IMG/VR virus record: IMGVR_UViG_3300025671_000038 | Direction: 5' to 3' (one strand) | Length of the DNA stretch: 64,000 bases | Source of the DNA: a virus | In this document: piece after piece, positions 49,933-58,830 of the stretch | Layout: every line of letters begins with the position of its first letter | Position numbering within the stretch: the first letter of the stretch is position 1 | Notes under the pieces: generated by a model | Told to the model about the DNA's origin: nothing | Seen by the model: only the letters and a program-made list of their open reading frames with translations | Database searches by the model: none | Program-made: the position numbers and the translations under genes

Positions 49933-50289
49933 TTACTCCATCTTTATGGTGTACTCTATATCCAAGTCGCTGCTGTTATCCAAGAAATGTCTCAGATTAT
50001 CAGCGAAAGACTCCGATATGTTCTTGTACACCACAAGGATATCGTTGCATCTAGTACTATATATTCCTTGGGTAATTTTCTTCTGAACAGCGTAGTTTAT
50101 GACAAATTCAGATTCCCTGGTGAGATCGTCAGTGTCGTACCCTAGCTCTCTTATAATCTTTCCTATATCTACAATATAGTAGGTAGCATCAGAGCAGAAT
50201 TTTCTCTTTGCTTCCTTTAAGGAACACCTAGTAAGAACAAAATTTATTTCCTCCAGCTCCTTATCCATTCGGGTTATCAAAATTTCCAT
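49933..50289 (-). CDS. Hypothetical protein
   Basis: 118-aa ORF on the coding strand, filling the gap between neighbours; start uncertain. Confidence 0.5.
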   Translation of the reverse strand: MEILITRMDKELEEINFVLTRCSLKEAKRKFCSDATYYIVDIGKIIRELGYDTDDLTRESEFVINYAVQKKITQGIYSTRCNDILVVYKNISESFADNLRHFLDNSSDLDIEYTIKME

Positions 50290-50596
50290 CCGAAGCCTCA
50301 GGTCCGGAGCCTTCCTCGCCAGAGGATTTCAAGAACTCAAAAGGCTTTGCTCCCGAGTCTTGACCTGGAAGACTTCCCTTCATCTCTGATAAAATTCTCT
50401 CCTCTTCCTCCTTTTTATTCCTTAACTCCAATTCTAGCTGTGCATTCTTCACTCTTTGCAGGTGTTGTAGATGTAGCTGTTTTCCCATTTCTTGGGATCT
50501 CCTTACTCTTTCCCTTTGCTCCTGCAATGTTTCATTTTTGCCTATATAGCCAAGTTGTTTGGCCATTTGCCTTCTTTGTCTTCTCGATAAACTCAT
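50261..50596 (-). CDS. Hypothetical protein, basic N-terminus and acidic C-terminus
   Basis: MSLSRRQRRQMAKQLG; coiled coil; TAATG coupling to the Nudix gene. Confidence 0.55.
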   Translation of the reverse strand: MSLSRRQRRQMAKQLGYIGKNETLQEQRERVRRSQEMGKQLHLQHLQRVKNAQLELELRNKKEEEERILSEMKGSLPGQDSGAKPFEFLKSSGEEGSGPEASDGNFDNPNG

Positions 50597-51183
50597 TATA
50601 TGGAAAAATTAAATCCCCTACTTTTATTCCCTTCCTCCGATGAGTGAGATGATCCTTGTATATCTATACCAAGAACATATTTAAATAGCTTCAGGAAAAG
50701 ACCAGGGATGAAGATATCTCTAGATTTAACAACGTCATTAGCAGGTATGAACTTAAATTCCATATTCTGCTCTTGTTCACTACCGTCAGTTGGAGCCTTA
50801 ACCTTATCCAAACCAGTAACATCTACGGCAAAACAAGGTTGCTCGTGATCAACAAACTTGGAAGAGGTAACAGATCCTAGATAGTACCACCTCTCATTTT
50901 CAGAGGCCTCGAATCCGCTTTCCTCGAAAAGCTCTCTCTTAGCGGTTGACAATAAATCCGGATCTTCCTCGTCGCTTGTCCCCGTTATTAAAGTGACACA
51001 CCTTCCGCCCTCTCTAAAGGGATTATCCTCCTCTAATACACCTACCGCAAGCGGAAGACCCTGTTCATCCGATATGAACGGCATTATCACCACATTCATA
51101 AAAAGGGGTATTACCCCAACCATTCCGTTTCTTTCCACCATGTGGAAATTTGGGGATTCGTATAATACCTTATTCTGACTCAT
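50596..51183 (-). CDS. Nudix hydrolase
   Basis: Nudix box GTSDEEDPDLLSTAKRELFEESGF. Confidence 0.85.
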   Translation of the reverse strand: MSQNKVLYESPNFHMVERNGMVGVIPLFMNVVIMPFISDEQGLPLAVGVLEEDNPFREGGRCVTLITGTSDEEDPDLLSTAKRELFEESGFEASENERWYYLGSVTSSKFVDHEQPCFAVDVTGLDKVKAPTDGSEQEQNMEFKFIPANDVVKSRDIFIPGLFLKLFKYVLGIDIQGSSHSSEEGNKSRGFNFSI

Positions 51184-51808
51184 CTTCTTTTACTACGCTT
51201 CTTGTAGATTTATTTTTATCATAATAGGCAAGTATAGATTCTCCGAGAGCAGCCCTAATATCCTCTATATCAATTCCCTCCGTAACATAGTCAACTATCT
51301 CAGTCTCAGCCTCATCGAAAGATGAGATTAAAACCGAGTACAAACTCTTAGGAGGTAGATTCAATTTTAAGCTGATGGAGACATTTACCCAATTGTTCTT
51401 CTGTTTTTTAAGTAGTGTATATATCGGAGAATCTTCTACTTGCACAGAGGAAACCGTATTCTTCTCCCTCTTCGGGGAAATATCCTGCTGTGTAGAAGGA
51501 ATTGCATTGATCCTATCAGGTGATGTTGGTTCGATGTCCTTACCAAAATCTACAGGGGAAGCGGGAAAGGAGTCCATGTACTCATTGAGAAGATCCAAGT
51601 TAATTCTTCTCCCACTATTAAAAGTAAGAAAAGTCATCCCAGTACTCTCGTCTTTCTCAATATCCTTATATTTTTCGGTATTACCCATTTGATCGCTTTT
51701 GACCCAAACGTAATCCATCTTGGAAAGATCCTCCCTAAGTTCCTCTATAGATTTATCCTGTAGGTTCATTTTTTTCTTCTTTGAAAATATATTCTTCAGC
51801 CATTTCAT
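51170..51808 (-). CDS. Hypothetical protein
   Basis: 212-aa ORF on the coding strand overlapping the Nudix start. Confidence 0.6.
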   Translation of the reverse strand: MKWLKNIFSKKKKMNLQDKSIEELREDLSKMDYVWVKSDQMGNTEKYKDIEKDESTGMTFLTFNSGRRINLDLLNEYMDSFPASPVDFGKDIEPTSPDRINAIPSTQQDISPKREKNTVSSVQVEDSPIYTLLKKQKNNWVNVSISLKLNLPPKSLYSVLISSFDEAETEIVDYVTEGIDIEDIRAALGESILAYYDKNKSTRSVVKEDESE

Positions 51809-51855
51809 ATGCTTACATCTAACAGCAAAAAGCTAATTAAACAACTTACAAAAAG

Positions 51856-51863
51856 CAAACATA
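51856..51863 (-). promoter_or_regulatory. Possible Bacteroidota sigma-70 -7 box TATGTTTG (TAnnTTTG)
   Basis: In the 122-nt gap, about 48 nt before ORF 51170..51808; no properly spaced -33 TTTG seen. Confidence 0.25.
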
Positions 51864-51930
51864 AACCACAACGGCATCAGCTTAGTTTACTTTTTTATAG
51901 ACGGTAATAAGGGATATGTTCCAGATAAAA

Positions 51931-52845
51931 TTATTTACTAGAGAAATTGCTTCTAGCGTGTGTGTACATCTCTTCAATATGGGACTCTGGAATGGTGTTC
52001 TTTAGAACGTTCATCAGATTATCTATTTCACTCTTCTCTCTGATCTTGCGTTCATCAACAGGGGATTCATCCGAACGTGAATGATATTTCAACATCTTAA
52101 GCAAATGATCGACAAGATTTTTTTGATGCTCTTCCGCATCCTTGCCCATTACAATGGATAACATATACTGGTCAACAGGATCGGACTTTATGCCCTGTAT
52201 CTTATCATGGGAGGTAGCATGTGAACCTTTATCCGTAGTATACTTGCAGCCAAATTTTCCACCATTTTTCTTCAATGTGAAAGCAGGATGGATATCATTA
52301 GCATCCTTATAAACTCTAATAGATTTGAAAAGGTCATCCTTCGATTTACGATCTAGCTCAACTTGCATTCCGTTATCGAGGTCTGCTTCATATAAATTTT
52401 CATCAATCTCAGTAATCTCAGCCACGGAGCAATCAACACCAAGCATATCCATTATCAATTCAATATCCTCTCCCACAGAGGGGTTAGATTTAGCTCCCGC
52501 AATCTCCGAAGAGATATAATTTTCAAGGAAATCATCGAACGCTAAGCTATTTTCTTTAACGTCAAACCAATTCATGAATGTGTCAACCTTAAGAATATCA
52601 AAATCACCGAAATTAGTCTTCTTCATGCACTTTTTAGGCACGGAAATAGTTCTGTCGCCATAGCTTAGATTATGACCCTCTGGTGTTTCCCTGTGTGATA
52701 TCCGATTATTCTCCCCGGTATGGGGTATTTTTATTTTAACTACACCGTCGATAAAAGGGCCCAATATCCCCAGGCTTGTCTTATTGGGGAAATGGCTCTC
52801 GTTTATGTTGATAAACTCACCAAAATTTAGGACCGGATTACTCAT
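51931..52845 (-). CDS. Probable internal head protein (start revised to 52845)
   Basis: MSNPVLNFGEFININE targeting-like motif; ATGAGTAA overlap with the upstream gene. Confidence 0.55.
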   Translation of the reverse strand: MSNPVLNFGEFININESHFPNKTSLGILGPFIDGVVKIKIPHTGENNRISHRETPEGHNLSYGDRTISVPKKCMKKTNFGDFDILKVDTFMNWFDVKENSLAFDDFLENYISSEIAGAKSNPSVGEDIELIMDMLGVDCSVAEITEIDENLYEADLDNGMQVELDRKSKDDLFKSIRVYKDANDIHPAFTLKKNGGKFGCKYTTDKGSHATSHDKIQGIKSDPVDQYMLSIVMGKDAEEHQKNLVDHLLKMLKYHSRSDESPVDERKIREKSEIDNLMNVLKNTIPESHIEEMYTHARSNFSSK

Positions 52846-53275
52846 TCTCACCAAATAAGACGTCTATTTTAAAATCCTTAGGATTCATGGATTTTCTCAT
52901 ATCAACAACTACTTTGGTGGGATTACACGGAATCAGATTCCGAGCTTTTTTACAAAGAACCGAAGACATATCTATGTTTTCACCAGGAACTATATCCATC
53001 TCATATTCCTTGGGTGGATCTGGATATGAGTCAACCTTGAGCTCCAGCTCTATGTTGTCGATTTGAAATTTAAGATCCTGTATACCTGATTTTGATCTAC
53101 CTATAGAAACCGAGTACTCTATCTCGCATTCCTTCTCATCAACATCTACAAGTTCAGGGGGTCTATTAATCAAATCAATATCTAGATATCCTAGCTCATG
53201 AGAGAATGAATACTCGCTAGAAACCCTTCTACCCTTGGAGTTATCAAAAGAAACGTAGTCGTGAATTCTTGGCAT
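52838..53275 (-). CDS. Hypothetical acidic protein, possible internal head protein
   Basis: MPRIHDYVSF N-terminus; preceded by GATATATA. Confidence 0.5.
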   Translation of the reverse strand: MPRIHDYVSFDNSKGRRVSSEYSFSHELGYLDIDLINRPPELVDVDEKECEIEYSVSIGRSKSGIQDLKFQIDNIELELKVDSYPDPPKEYEMDIVPGENIDMSSVLCKKARNLIPCNPTKVVVDMRKSMNPKDFKIDVLFGENE

Positions 53276-53301
53276 TATCTTACTTCACTTTTTTTATGTA
53301 T

Positions 53302-53309
53302 TATATATC
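53302..53309 (-). promoter_or_regulatory. Putative late promoter GATATATA
   Basis: Exact octamer 26 nt before the ATG at 53275. Confidence 0.65.
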
Positions 53310-53358
53310 CCTCCGCTTTGAAGGTTCTTTTTAATGTCTTACCCAAAAACACAAAGGG

Positions 53359-53368
53359 GAAATATATA
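53359..53368 (+). promoter_or_regulatory. Putative divergent late-promoter variant GAAATATATA
   Basis: Same 10-mer precedes the other plus-strand unit (22753); favours the second ATG (53392) as true start. Confidence 0.4.
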
Positions 53369-53370
53369 AG

Positions 53371-54111
53371 ATGAACATAAAAAATTCCGCCATGAAAGAT
53401 CTCAAGACAACATGGTTTATACAGCACCCAATAGACCAAGAGCACAAGCAATACATATTGCTAGATTTTCTTCAAAGTGTAAACTCTGAGATATCCAACG
53501 AAAATATCTACTACCCAGTAAAGAAGATATTCTCAATAATTAAGGAGCTGACGTTCGTGAAGAACTTACTAGAGGGTAAAGACATGAAGCCCTATACAAA
53601 GATCGAGAGACTAAGAATACTTAGCGAATGTGTAGAGGAGCATCAGCTATCATTTAAGGAAAAGGTGGAGTGTCTCAAAATAGTTGAGTCTTCATTGGCA
53701 ATCCTCTATAAATACGCGGATCTCGGGATGAGTCTGTGGAGAAATATAGAGAGGAGAATAAAAACATTCGATCTTATACCAAATAGCGAGGACTTAAGCG
53801 ACTACGGAATCCTGATGGTCAGAAATATGTCGACCGATGAGATGTTCGCATACCTTTGGCAAACCGGGGATACTGGGAGATCTTCCAAAGGAACCATGAT
53901 GAAAAGAATTCCTCTAAAAAATCCATATTTCTCTCTATCCTATGAATTCTCAGTCCATGAAATAATGCAGACCATTGAGATGAGAGGAAATTCACCCAGA
54001 ATAACCGTAATGGAGATATCGGAGGACTTTAGGAGTGACTCGGTAATTCTAAAAATAGCAAAGGAGTTATTCGTAAGAGAAATTTCCTCCAGCAAGGAAA
54101 CGGAGATCTAA
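53371..54111 (+). CDS. Conserved hypothetical protein resembling a Bacteroidota family (true start possibly 53392)
   Basis: TWF...ID.E.K.Y.LL.FLQ...YP N-terminus and L.IAK.LFVR C-terminus recalled from Bacteroidota hypothetical proteins; not verified. Confidence 0.55.
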   Translation: MNIKNSAMKDLKTTWFIQHPIDQEHKQYILLDFLQSVNSEISNENIYYPVKKIFSIIKELTFVKNLLEGKDMKPYTKIERLRILSECVEEHQLSFKEKVECLKIVESSLAILYKYADLGMSLWRNIERRIKTFDLIPNSEDLSDYGILMVRNMSTDEMFAYLWQTGDTGRSSKGTMMKRIPLKNPYFSLSYEFSVHEIMQTIEMRGNSPRITVMEISEDFRSDSVILKIAKELFVREISSSKETEI

Positions 54112-54786
54112 TTATTGAGATTCCTTCCACACATTGTCAATCAGTGAAACTCCCTCATGCTGGCGGGCTAATCTATCACGAATTATGCCCATTTGAGTTA
54201 TTCCCTCACTCCATTGAACTTCATTAAACCATATATCGGGACTATCCCAAGAATACTTGTCTAGACATTCGAGGTAAAAATCCCTAGAAGCAGCTGGGAG
54301 TATCACGCAATGTGCGAGTATAACCTTATTGGTTAAGTAGAAATCTGGATAATCAGGATCTGACTCATTATCTATAGGAGGGGACTGCAAATAATCGTTT
54401 ACGTATCTGGACCCTAATGAAGTATAATAAAGTCCTCTAGCTTTGGAGAATTCGATAGCCTCCTTTAGCTTATTCATGAATTCTTGACGATCGCAAAGCA
54501 ATACACAGTCACATTCACAAAGAACCAGGGCGTCAAGATCCTCGGTAAAATTTTCAGATATAGCTTTCTTAAAAGACTGGAAAGCACCATAGTGTCCCGG
54601 TCCATGATTCGTAAATTCAGATTGGCTGATTGCCTTCTCTTTCTTCCAATCATCCCCGGAATATCTACGATTTATCTGCTGAACATACTCCAGACCCATA
54701 CCACCAAGGGGCGAAAGTGAATCTATAGATGCTATCTCCCTCTCTTCCTCTATCTCAGTGAGTATATGGACCAATCTAATATTCAT
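54112..54786 (-). CDS. Glycosyltransferase-like protein (GT25-like, GT-A fold)
   Basis: RLVHIL, GHYGAFQSF, LVLCECDCVL (degenerate LEDD/DxD), LAHCVIL, PDIWF, HEGVSLI. Confidence 0.6.
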   Translation of the reverse strand: MNIRLVHILTEIEEEREIASIDSLSPLGGMGLEYVQQINRRYSGDDWKKEKAISQSEFTNHGPGHYGAFQSFKKAISENFTEDLDALVLCECDCVLLCDRQEFMNKLKEAIEFSKARGLYYTSLGSRYVNDYLQSPPIDNESDPDYPDFYLTNKVILAHCVILPAASRDFYLECLDKYSWDSPDIWFNEVQWSEGITQMGIIRDRLARQHEGVSLIDNVWKESQ

Positions 54787-54812
54787 ATCTTCTTTTTGGT
54801 TTATACAGAAAC

Positions 54813-54840
54813 AAAAAAGACAAGTTTCGAAAAACTTGCC
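54813..54840 (-). terminator. Intrinsic terminator with TTCG loop
   Basis: Minus strand GGCAAGTTT-TTCG-AAACTTGTC-TTTTTT. Confidence 0.75.
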
Positions 54841-54870
54841 TTTCTCACATAAATCATATGTTCTTATTCC

Positions 54871-55230
54871 TTACTCGAAATCAGATAGCCTTGTAATTAT
54901 GGATTCGTTAACAGTACTCTCCGATGTATCCATTGTAGCTCTCATACCGGGCTCCTGTATTCCTACTCCACCTATCGCGTTTACGTAGTCTCTATCTCCC
55001 TTGGCGTTGTATCCAGGAACTTGAATTCCCGCTTTTTCCGGACTAAATACTGCATCAGCATAACCAACCCAATCATAAGCCGGCTCCCTTTTTATCTTAT
55101 GTAATCCAGTCTTCTCCTCGCCTCCGGTTTGATTCTCCTCAGAGAAGGGTTTGAAATTCTCGTCGTGAACTTTTTTCCTAAACTGCTCGAAGTCTAGAAC
55201 TTCCCTTTTTGCGACATCATTTATATTCAT
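54871..55230 (-). CDS. Probable internal head or prohead-core protein
   Basis: VLDFEQF...VHDE near N-terminus, VNESIITRLSDFE at C-terminus; followed by its own terminator. Confidence 0.55.
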   Translation of the reverse strand: MNINDVAKREVLDFEQFRKKVHDENFKPFSEENQTGGEEKTGLHKIKREPAYDWVGYADAVFSPEKAGIQVPGYNAKGDRDYVNAIGGVGIQEPGMRATMDTSESTVNESIITRLSDFE

Positions 55231-55259
55231 GTTCTGTAATTTTCTTTTTCCTGGTTAAT

Positions 55260-55925
55260 TTAACTTGGATTGTAGCCAAAGCTATTTCTGTTAGCAGGAG
55301 CTGAGGAGATTAATCCACCTATAAAGTCATCCACTATATTACCCTTGTCTATCTCCAAAGAATTCCCTTCTCTGTCTATATCAGTTCTGATTGCTTTCTC
55401 TATACTCCCCTTGTCAGTCGGACTTAATCCTCTAATGAAAGAATCCCTGTCAACAGGTTCAAATCCATTAAAAGCCTCCAGGTAAAATCCCTCCAGTTGG
55501 TCCCTAAAGTTATTCCTTCTTACCTCGTTGCTGAACATTTCAGATATTGTTCTATAGATCCATCCGTTCTTATCAATACCTAGTTTTTCAGCTATACCGT
55601 CAAGTCCCATCTCAGTAAGAAATTCCATGGTCGCATCGGCAGCTTTGGGGGCTAAATAACTAGCGCTAGTCTTTCCGCTAAAAAGTATGGTGAAATAATC
55701 ATTGATCGGTATCTGCTCAACGAAGTTCTGCACAAGCTTACTAAAGATGGAATTTTCGGTTATACCTAGATTACCCAGCAAATATGCAGTTACCTTGCCT
55801 TTAAATACGTCACTAAGAGGAGTCATAACAGATGACAAAGCACCAGTTATGTAGTCATATATACCGGATTCGTTAACGTCACGATTCGACCTAAACTCAT
55901 CAAAGGTCTTTATTCCATTATCCAT
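55260..55925 (-). CDS. Probable internal head protein
   Basis: MDNGIKTFDEFRSNRDVNE, closest match to the T4 IP capsid-targeting sequence. Confidence 0.6.
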   Translation of the reverse strand: MDNGIKTFDEFRSNRDVNESGIYDYITGALSSVMTPLSDVFKGKVTAYLLGNLGITENSIFSKLVQNFVEQIPINDYFTILFSGKTSASYLAPKAADATMEFLTEMGLDGIAEKLGIDKNGWIYRTISEMFSNEVRRNNFRDQLEGFYLEAFNGFEPVDRDSFIRGLSPTDKGSIEKAIRTDIDREGNSLEIDKGNIVDDFIGGLISSAPANRNSFGYNPS

Positions 55926-55941
55926 GCGGAAGTTTTTTCTT

Positions 55942-55949
55942 TATATATC
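55942..55949 (-). promoter_or_regulatory. Putative late promoter GATATATA
   Basis: Exact octamer 16 nt before the ATG at 55925. Confidence 0.65.
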
Positions 55950-55967
55950 TATCCGCACTGAGTTATT

Positions 55968-57362
55968 TTATCCCATAAACAGATCCACTGCTCCATGTCG
56001 ATATGCTATCTTATCCTTCTTTATCTGAGGATTTTTTAGTGGAGCTTTATCCCTATTTAAAATAGCTTCAGGTAGGAGAGGACCGAAGGTATCTTTCAAT
56101 ATCTTCTTATCCGTTCTCCACTCTTTAGGAATGGATAATGCAAACCTGACTATATCCAAATTTAGAAATGGACTTCTGAGCTCCAGGGTATGAGCCATAG
56201 ACATTTTATCCAGCCTTGGGAGATGATAATAGCTAAGCTCATCGAAAATATCGGATCTCTGAGAATCATACTCATGAATTCTCTTATATCCTCCAAAGAG
56301 CTCATCGGCCCCATCCCCGCTTAGAACTATCCTATACCCACCAAATTTTTTAACAGCATCAAATAAGTGGTATTGTGGAATTACTGAACCTAGATCTATC
56401 GGACTTTCATTCCACTTTCGATATATCTCAGAGTTCATGTGGCTGTCCATAGAATAATCCAAGAATGAAACCTCAGCTCCCAAATGGCTGGCAAGAATTT
56501 TAACGTACTCGCTTTCATTATTCTCTATACTAAACCACCGGACATCAGATTCAGTTTCCTTAAGTATAGCAGCAATGATGGATGAATCCAGTCCACCCGA
56601 AACAAGTAGAGAAATAGGGTAATCCTTGGATATTAGCCTATTTTCAACAGATTCAAACATCTTGCTCCAAAGCCATTCCATATGATCTTCGTAGCTAGAT
56701 CCCTCGAGCTCATATATTGGATGTTCGAATCCCTTGAAATAATTAGAGTAGACATTCTTAAATTCGGGACTTGCCAAATTGAAGCTGTAGATATTATTAG
56801 GTAAAAATCTCTTGACCTCTGAGTATGAGGTCCGATTATCCGTATTGTATCCCCACTTTCTTATAGCGCTCATGAGGGTAAGGTCGATCTCACTATTCAC
56901 ACTAACTAGTGATTTTACTTCAGATGAGATTTCACCCAGATTGTTATAATACAGTGGTTTTCTGCCCAGTGGATCAGTAAATGCTATTACGTCATTGCTG
57001 TTAGAATCGAATATAACCAAAGCCCAGAATCCATCCCAAGTTTGAATCTCTGGTAAGAACATAGCACAGAACATCTCAAAGGACCCACCGGAGTATCGGC
57101 TAAACAGATTACACAGGTACTCGGTATCCGATGAAAATCTATCCTTATCGTAGTTAAATATCTCCCCGTTGAACATCATATAGACGCCTCTAGAGACTTC
57201 TTTTGGTTGATCCCAAGTATCACCATCGGAAGTCTGAATTGGGAGTCTATGATGACACAAATACCATCCATTCAGCTCTAGGGTTTTACTTTCTATACCT
57301 CTATGCTTTATTGTATTCAGATTCTCCTCAGTCCCAGTTTGGGTTAGCAATATACCACACAT
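55968..57362 (-). CDS. asnB: Asparagine synthase (glutamine-hydrolysing)-like amidotransferase
   Basis: MCGI (Ntn Cys), HHRL, FNGEIFN, SGGLDSS, SGDGADELFGGY, LELRSPFL. Confidence 0.92.
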   Translation of the reverse strand: MCGILLTQTGTEENLNTIKHRGIESKTLELNGWYLCHHRLPIQTSDGDTWDQPKEVSRGVYMMFNGEIFNYDKDRFSSDTEYLCNLFSRYSGGSFEMFCAMFLPEIQTWDGFWALVIFDSNSNDVIAFTDPLGRKPLYYNNLGEISSEVKSLVSVNSEIDLTLMSAIRKWGYNTDNRTSYSEVKRFLPNNIYSFNLASPEFKNVYSNYFKGFEHPIYELEGSSYEDHMEWLWSKMFESVENRLISKDYPISLLVSGGLDSSIIAAILKETESDVRWFSIENNESEYVKILASHLGAEVSFLDYSMDSHMNSEIYRKWNESPIDLGSVIPQYHLFDAVKKFGGYRIVLSGDGADELFGGYKRIHEYDSQRSDIFDELSYYHLPRLDKMSMAHTLELRSPFLNLDIVRFALSIPKEWRTDKKILKDTFGPLLPEAILNRDKAPLKNPQIKKDKIAYRHGAVDLFMG

Positions 57363-57363
57363 A

Positions 57364-57906
57364 TTATTCTATATTCATTATGGCTTCAACTGATTTATTG
57401 TCAAAGCTGTTAGTAATAAACCTAATTGGGACATTATAGGGCTGATTTGCTATAAGATCTCTCAAATTTTCCATTATCTCCGATTCAGCATTATCGCCGT
57501 CCCTAAAATCCCAGTTATCCTTATTCCGGTCACTGGAATCTGGGTTTTCTCCAGTTACGTATACTATTTCACATTTGCTAAAGAGACCTTGATCCGCTAT
57601 CATCTCGATTTGGGATCGGGCTTGTTCCTCAGTAATCCTTCCAGAAAGAATCCCCCACGTAAGAACAGTGAGTATTCCACGATCTAAGACAAAGTCAGGG
57701 AGAAGTCCCTCCCTATTCATCTGGAGTAACATTAGCTCTTTCCCCAAAGCAAAGGAATGAGTAATCTCGCCGTTGTCTGGGAGATCTAACCTATTGAACC
57801 ACCCGACAAAATCGAACTTAAATATCCTCAGTCCGCTATGTGAAGCATATTTACGTGCTAAAAATGTCTTCCCTGAATTTCTGGGACCCTCGAATATCCT
57901 TACCAT
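57364..57906 (-). CDS. Nucleoside monophosphate (thymidylate-kinase-like) P-loop kinase
   Basis: IFEGPRNSGKT Walker A and LDRG motif. Confidence 0.75.
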   Translation of the reverse strand: MVRIFEGPRNSGKTFLARKYASHSGLRIFKFDFVGWFNRLDLPDNGEITHSFALGKELMLLQMNREGLLPDFVLDRGILTVLTWGILSGRITEEQARSQIEMIADQGLFSKCEIVYVTGENPDSSDRNKDNWDFRDGDNAESEIMENLRDLIANQPYNVPIRFITNSFDNKSVEAIMNIE

Positions 57907-58777
57907 CCGGTATGCTTTTTGGTTCTTTTCTTTTTATCTTCCTATCACCCATATATTTCCACAATTTATGATTTATTCTGTAACGGGCATATTTCTCTAT
58001 AATTAATCTACGGTCCACAAAATAGTATGTTGGAAAGCTGATATTCAATTTTCCGTCCAGGATATACTTGTAAATTAAACAATTGTAAACATGCTGCTCT
58101 GGACAAAGGTGTGTGAAGTTCTGATACGGTTCAGGATCCGGATTTCTCATCAGAAGGCTCTTATCCTCACAAAGGTTCTTATACTCCCTAAAGAACTCCC
58201 TGGATTTTTCAGTATTCCGGACTATCATCCTACTCGATGCAATCTCAAAGCACCCTGAAACAATATCGCTATCCTCCTTGCTGTCCAATATCTTATCAGA
58301 GGTATATCTTTTCCCGTGCATACCCACAAGAGGAGGATTTCCGTCAAGGAGGTCGGCTTCAAAAGGGGAGAAGAAATCCGACCCGTTTATATCCAACAGG
58401 TACTCACATGTTTCTTTTATCCTTCCCCATTGGGTTTGCCAATACTGGGGATATTTAGAGAAATTGCAGTCATGGTAAATTAATATCGATCCCTCCTCAA
58501 TATTTTTTAGTGTGTAATCTATCAAGAATGGCTTAAAATCTCCAGATCCTACACTACTGATTCCTGGATTAAGATTTAAGATATCACCCAAGGGATTACA
58601 GAAATTATCTGACCCTGGAAGTGATTTAAGTGATTCTCTGTCATATATCCACAGGTCATCGAAATAAGGATCTAATAAGAGTCTGATGTTCCCCAGGCTA
58701 CCTAGCAAAGATTTCCTCTCCTCTTCAGTAGCACCTTCCCTTATATTACAAAAACTTAAAAAGTATATTTTGCTCAT
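57851..58777 (-). CDS. Nucleotide-diphospho-sugar transferase-like protein
   Basis: FKPFLIDYTLKNIEEGSILIYHDC (KP...D-x motif of GT-A-like proteins); late EQHVYN motif. Confidence 0.55.
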   Translation of the reverse strand: MSKIYFLSFCNIREGATEEERKSLLGSLGNIRLLLDPYFDDLWIYDRESLKSLPGSDNFCNPLGDILNLNPGISSVGSGDFKPFLIDYTLKNIEEGSILIYHDCNFSKYPQYWQTQWGRIKETCEYLLDINGSDFFSPFEADLLDGNPPLVGMHGKRYTSDKILDSKEDSDIVSGCFEIASSRMIVRNTEKSREFFREYKNLCEDKSLLMRNPDPEPYQNFTHLCPEQHVYNCLIYKYILDGKLNISFPTYYFVDRRLIIEKYARYRINHKLWKYMGDRKIKRKEPKSIPDGKDIRGSQKFREDIFST

Positions 58778-58830
58778 ACTACAAAGAATGTAGCTATTCT
58801 ATCAGGAAGAATGAACTATGTTTCTTGCAA

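Noticed and set aside
51809-51930. Longest intergenic gap as an ncRNA or tRNA
   Set aside because: No cloverleaf or stable stem is visible; the gap is A-rich with only a weak TAnnTTTG box.
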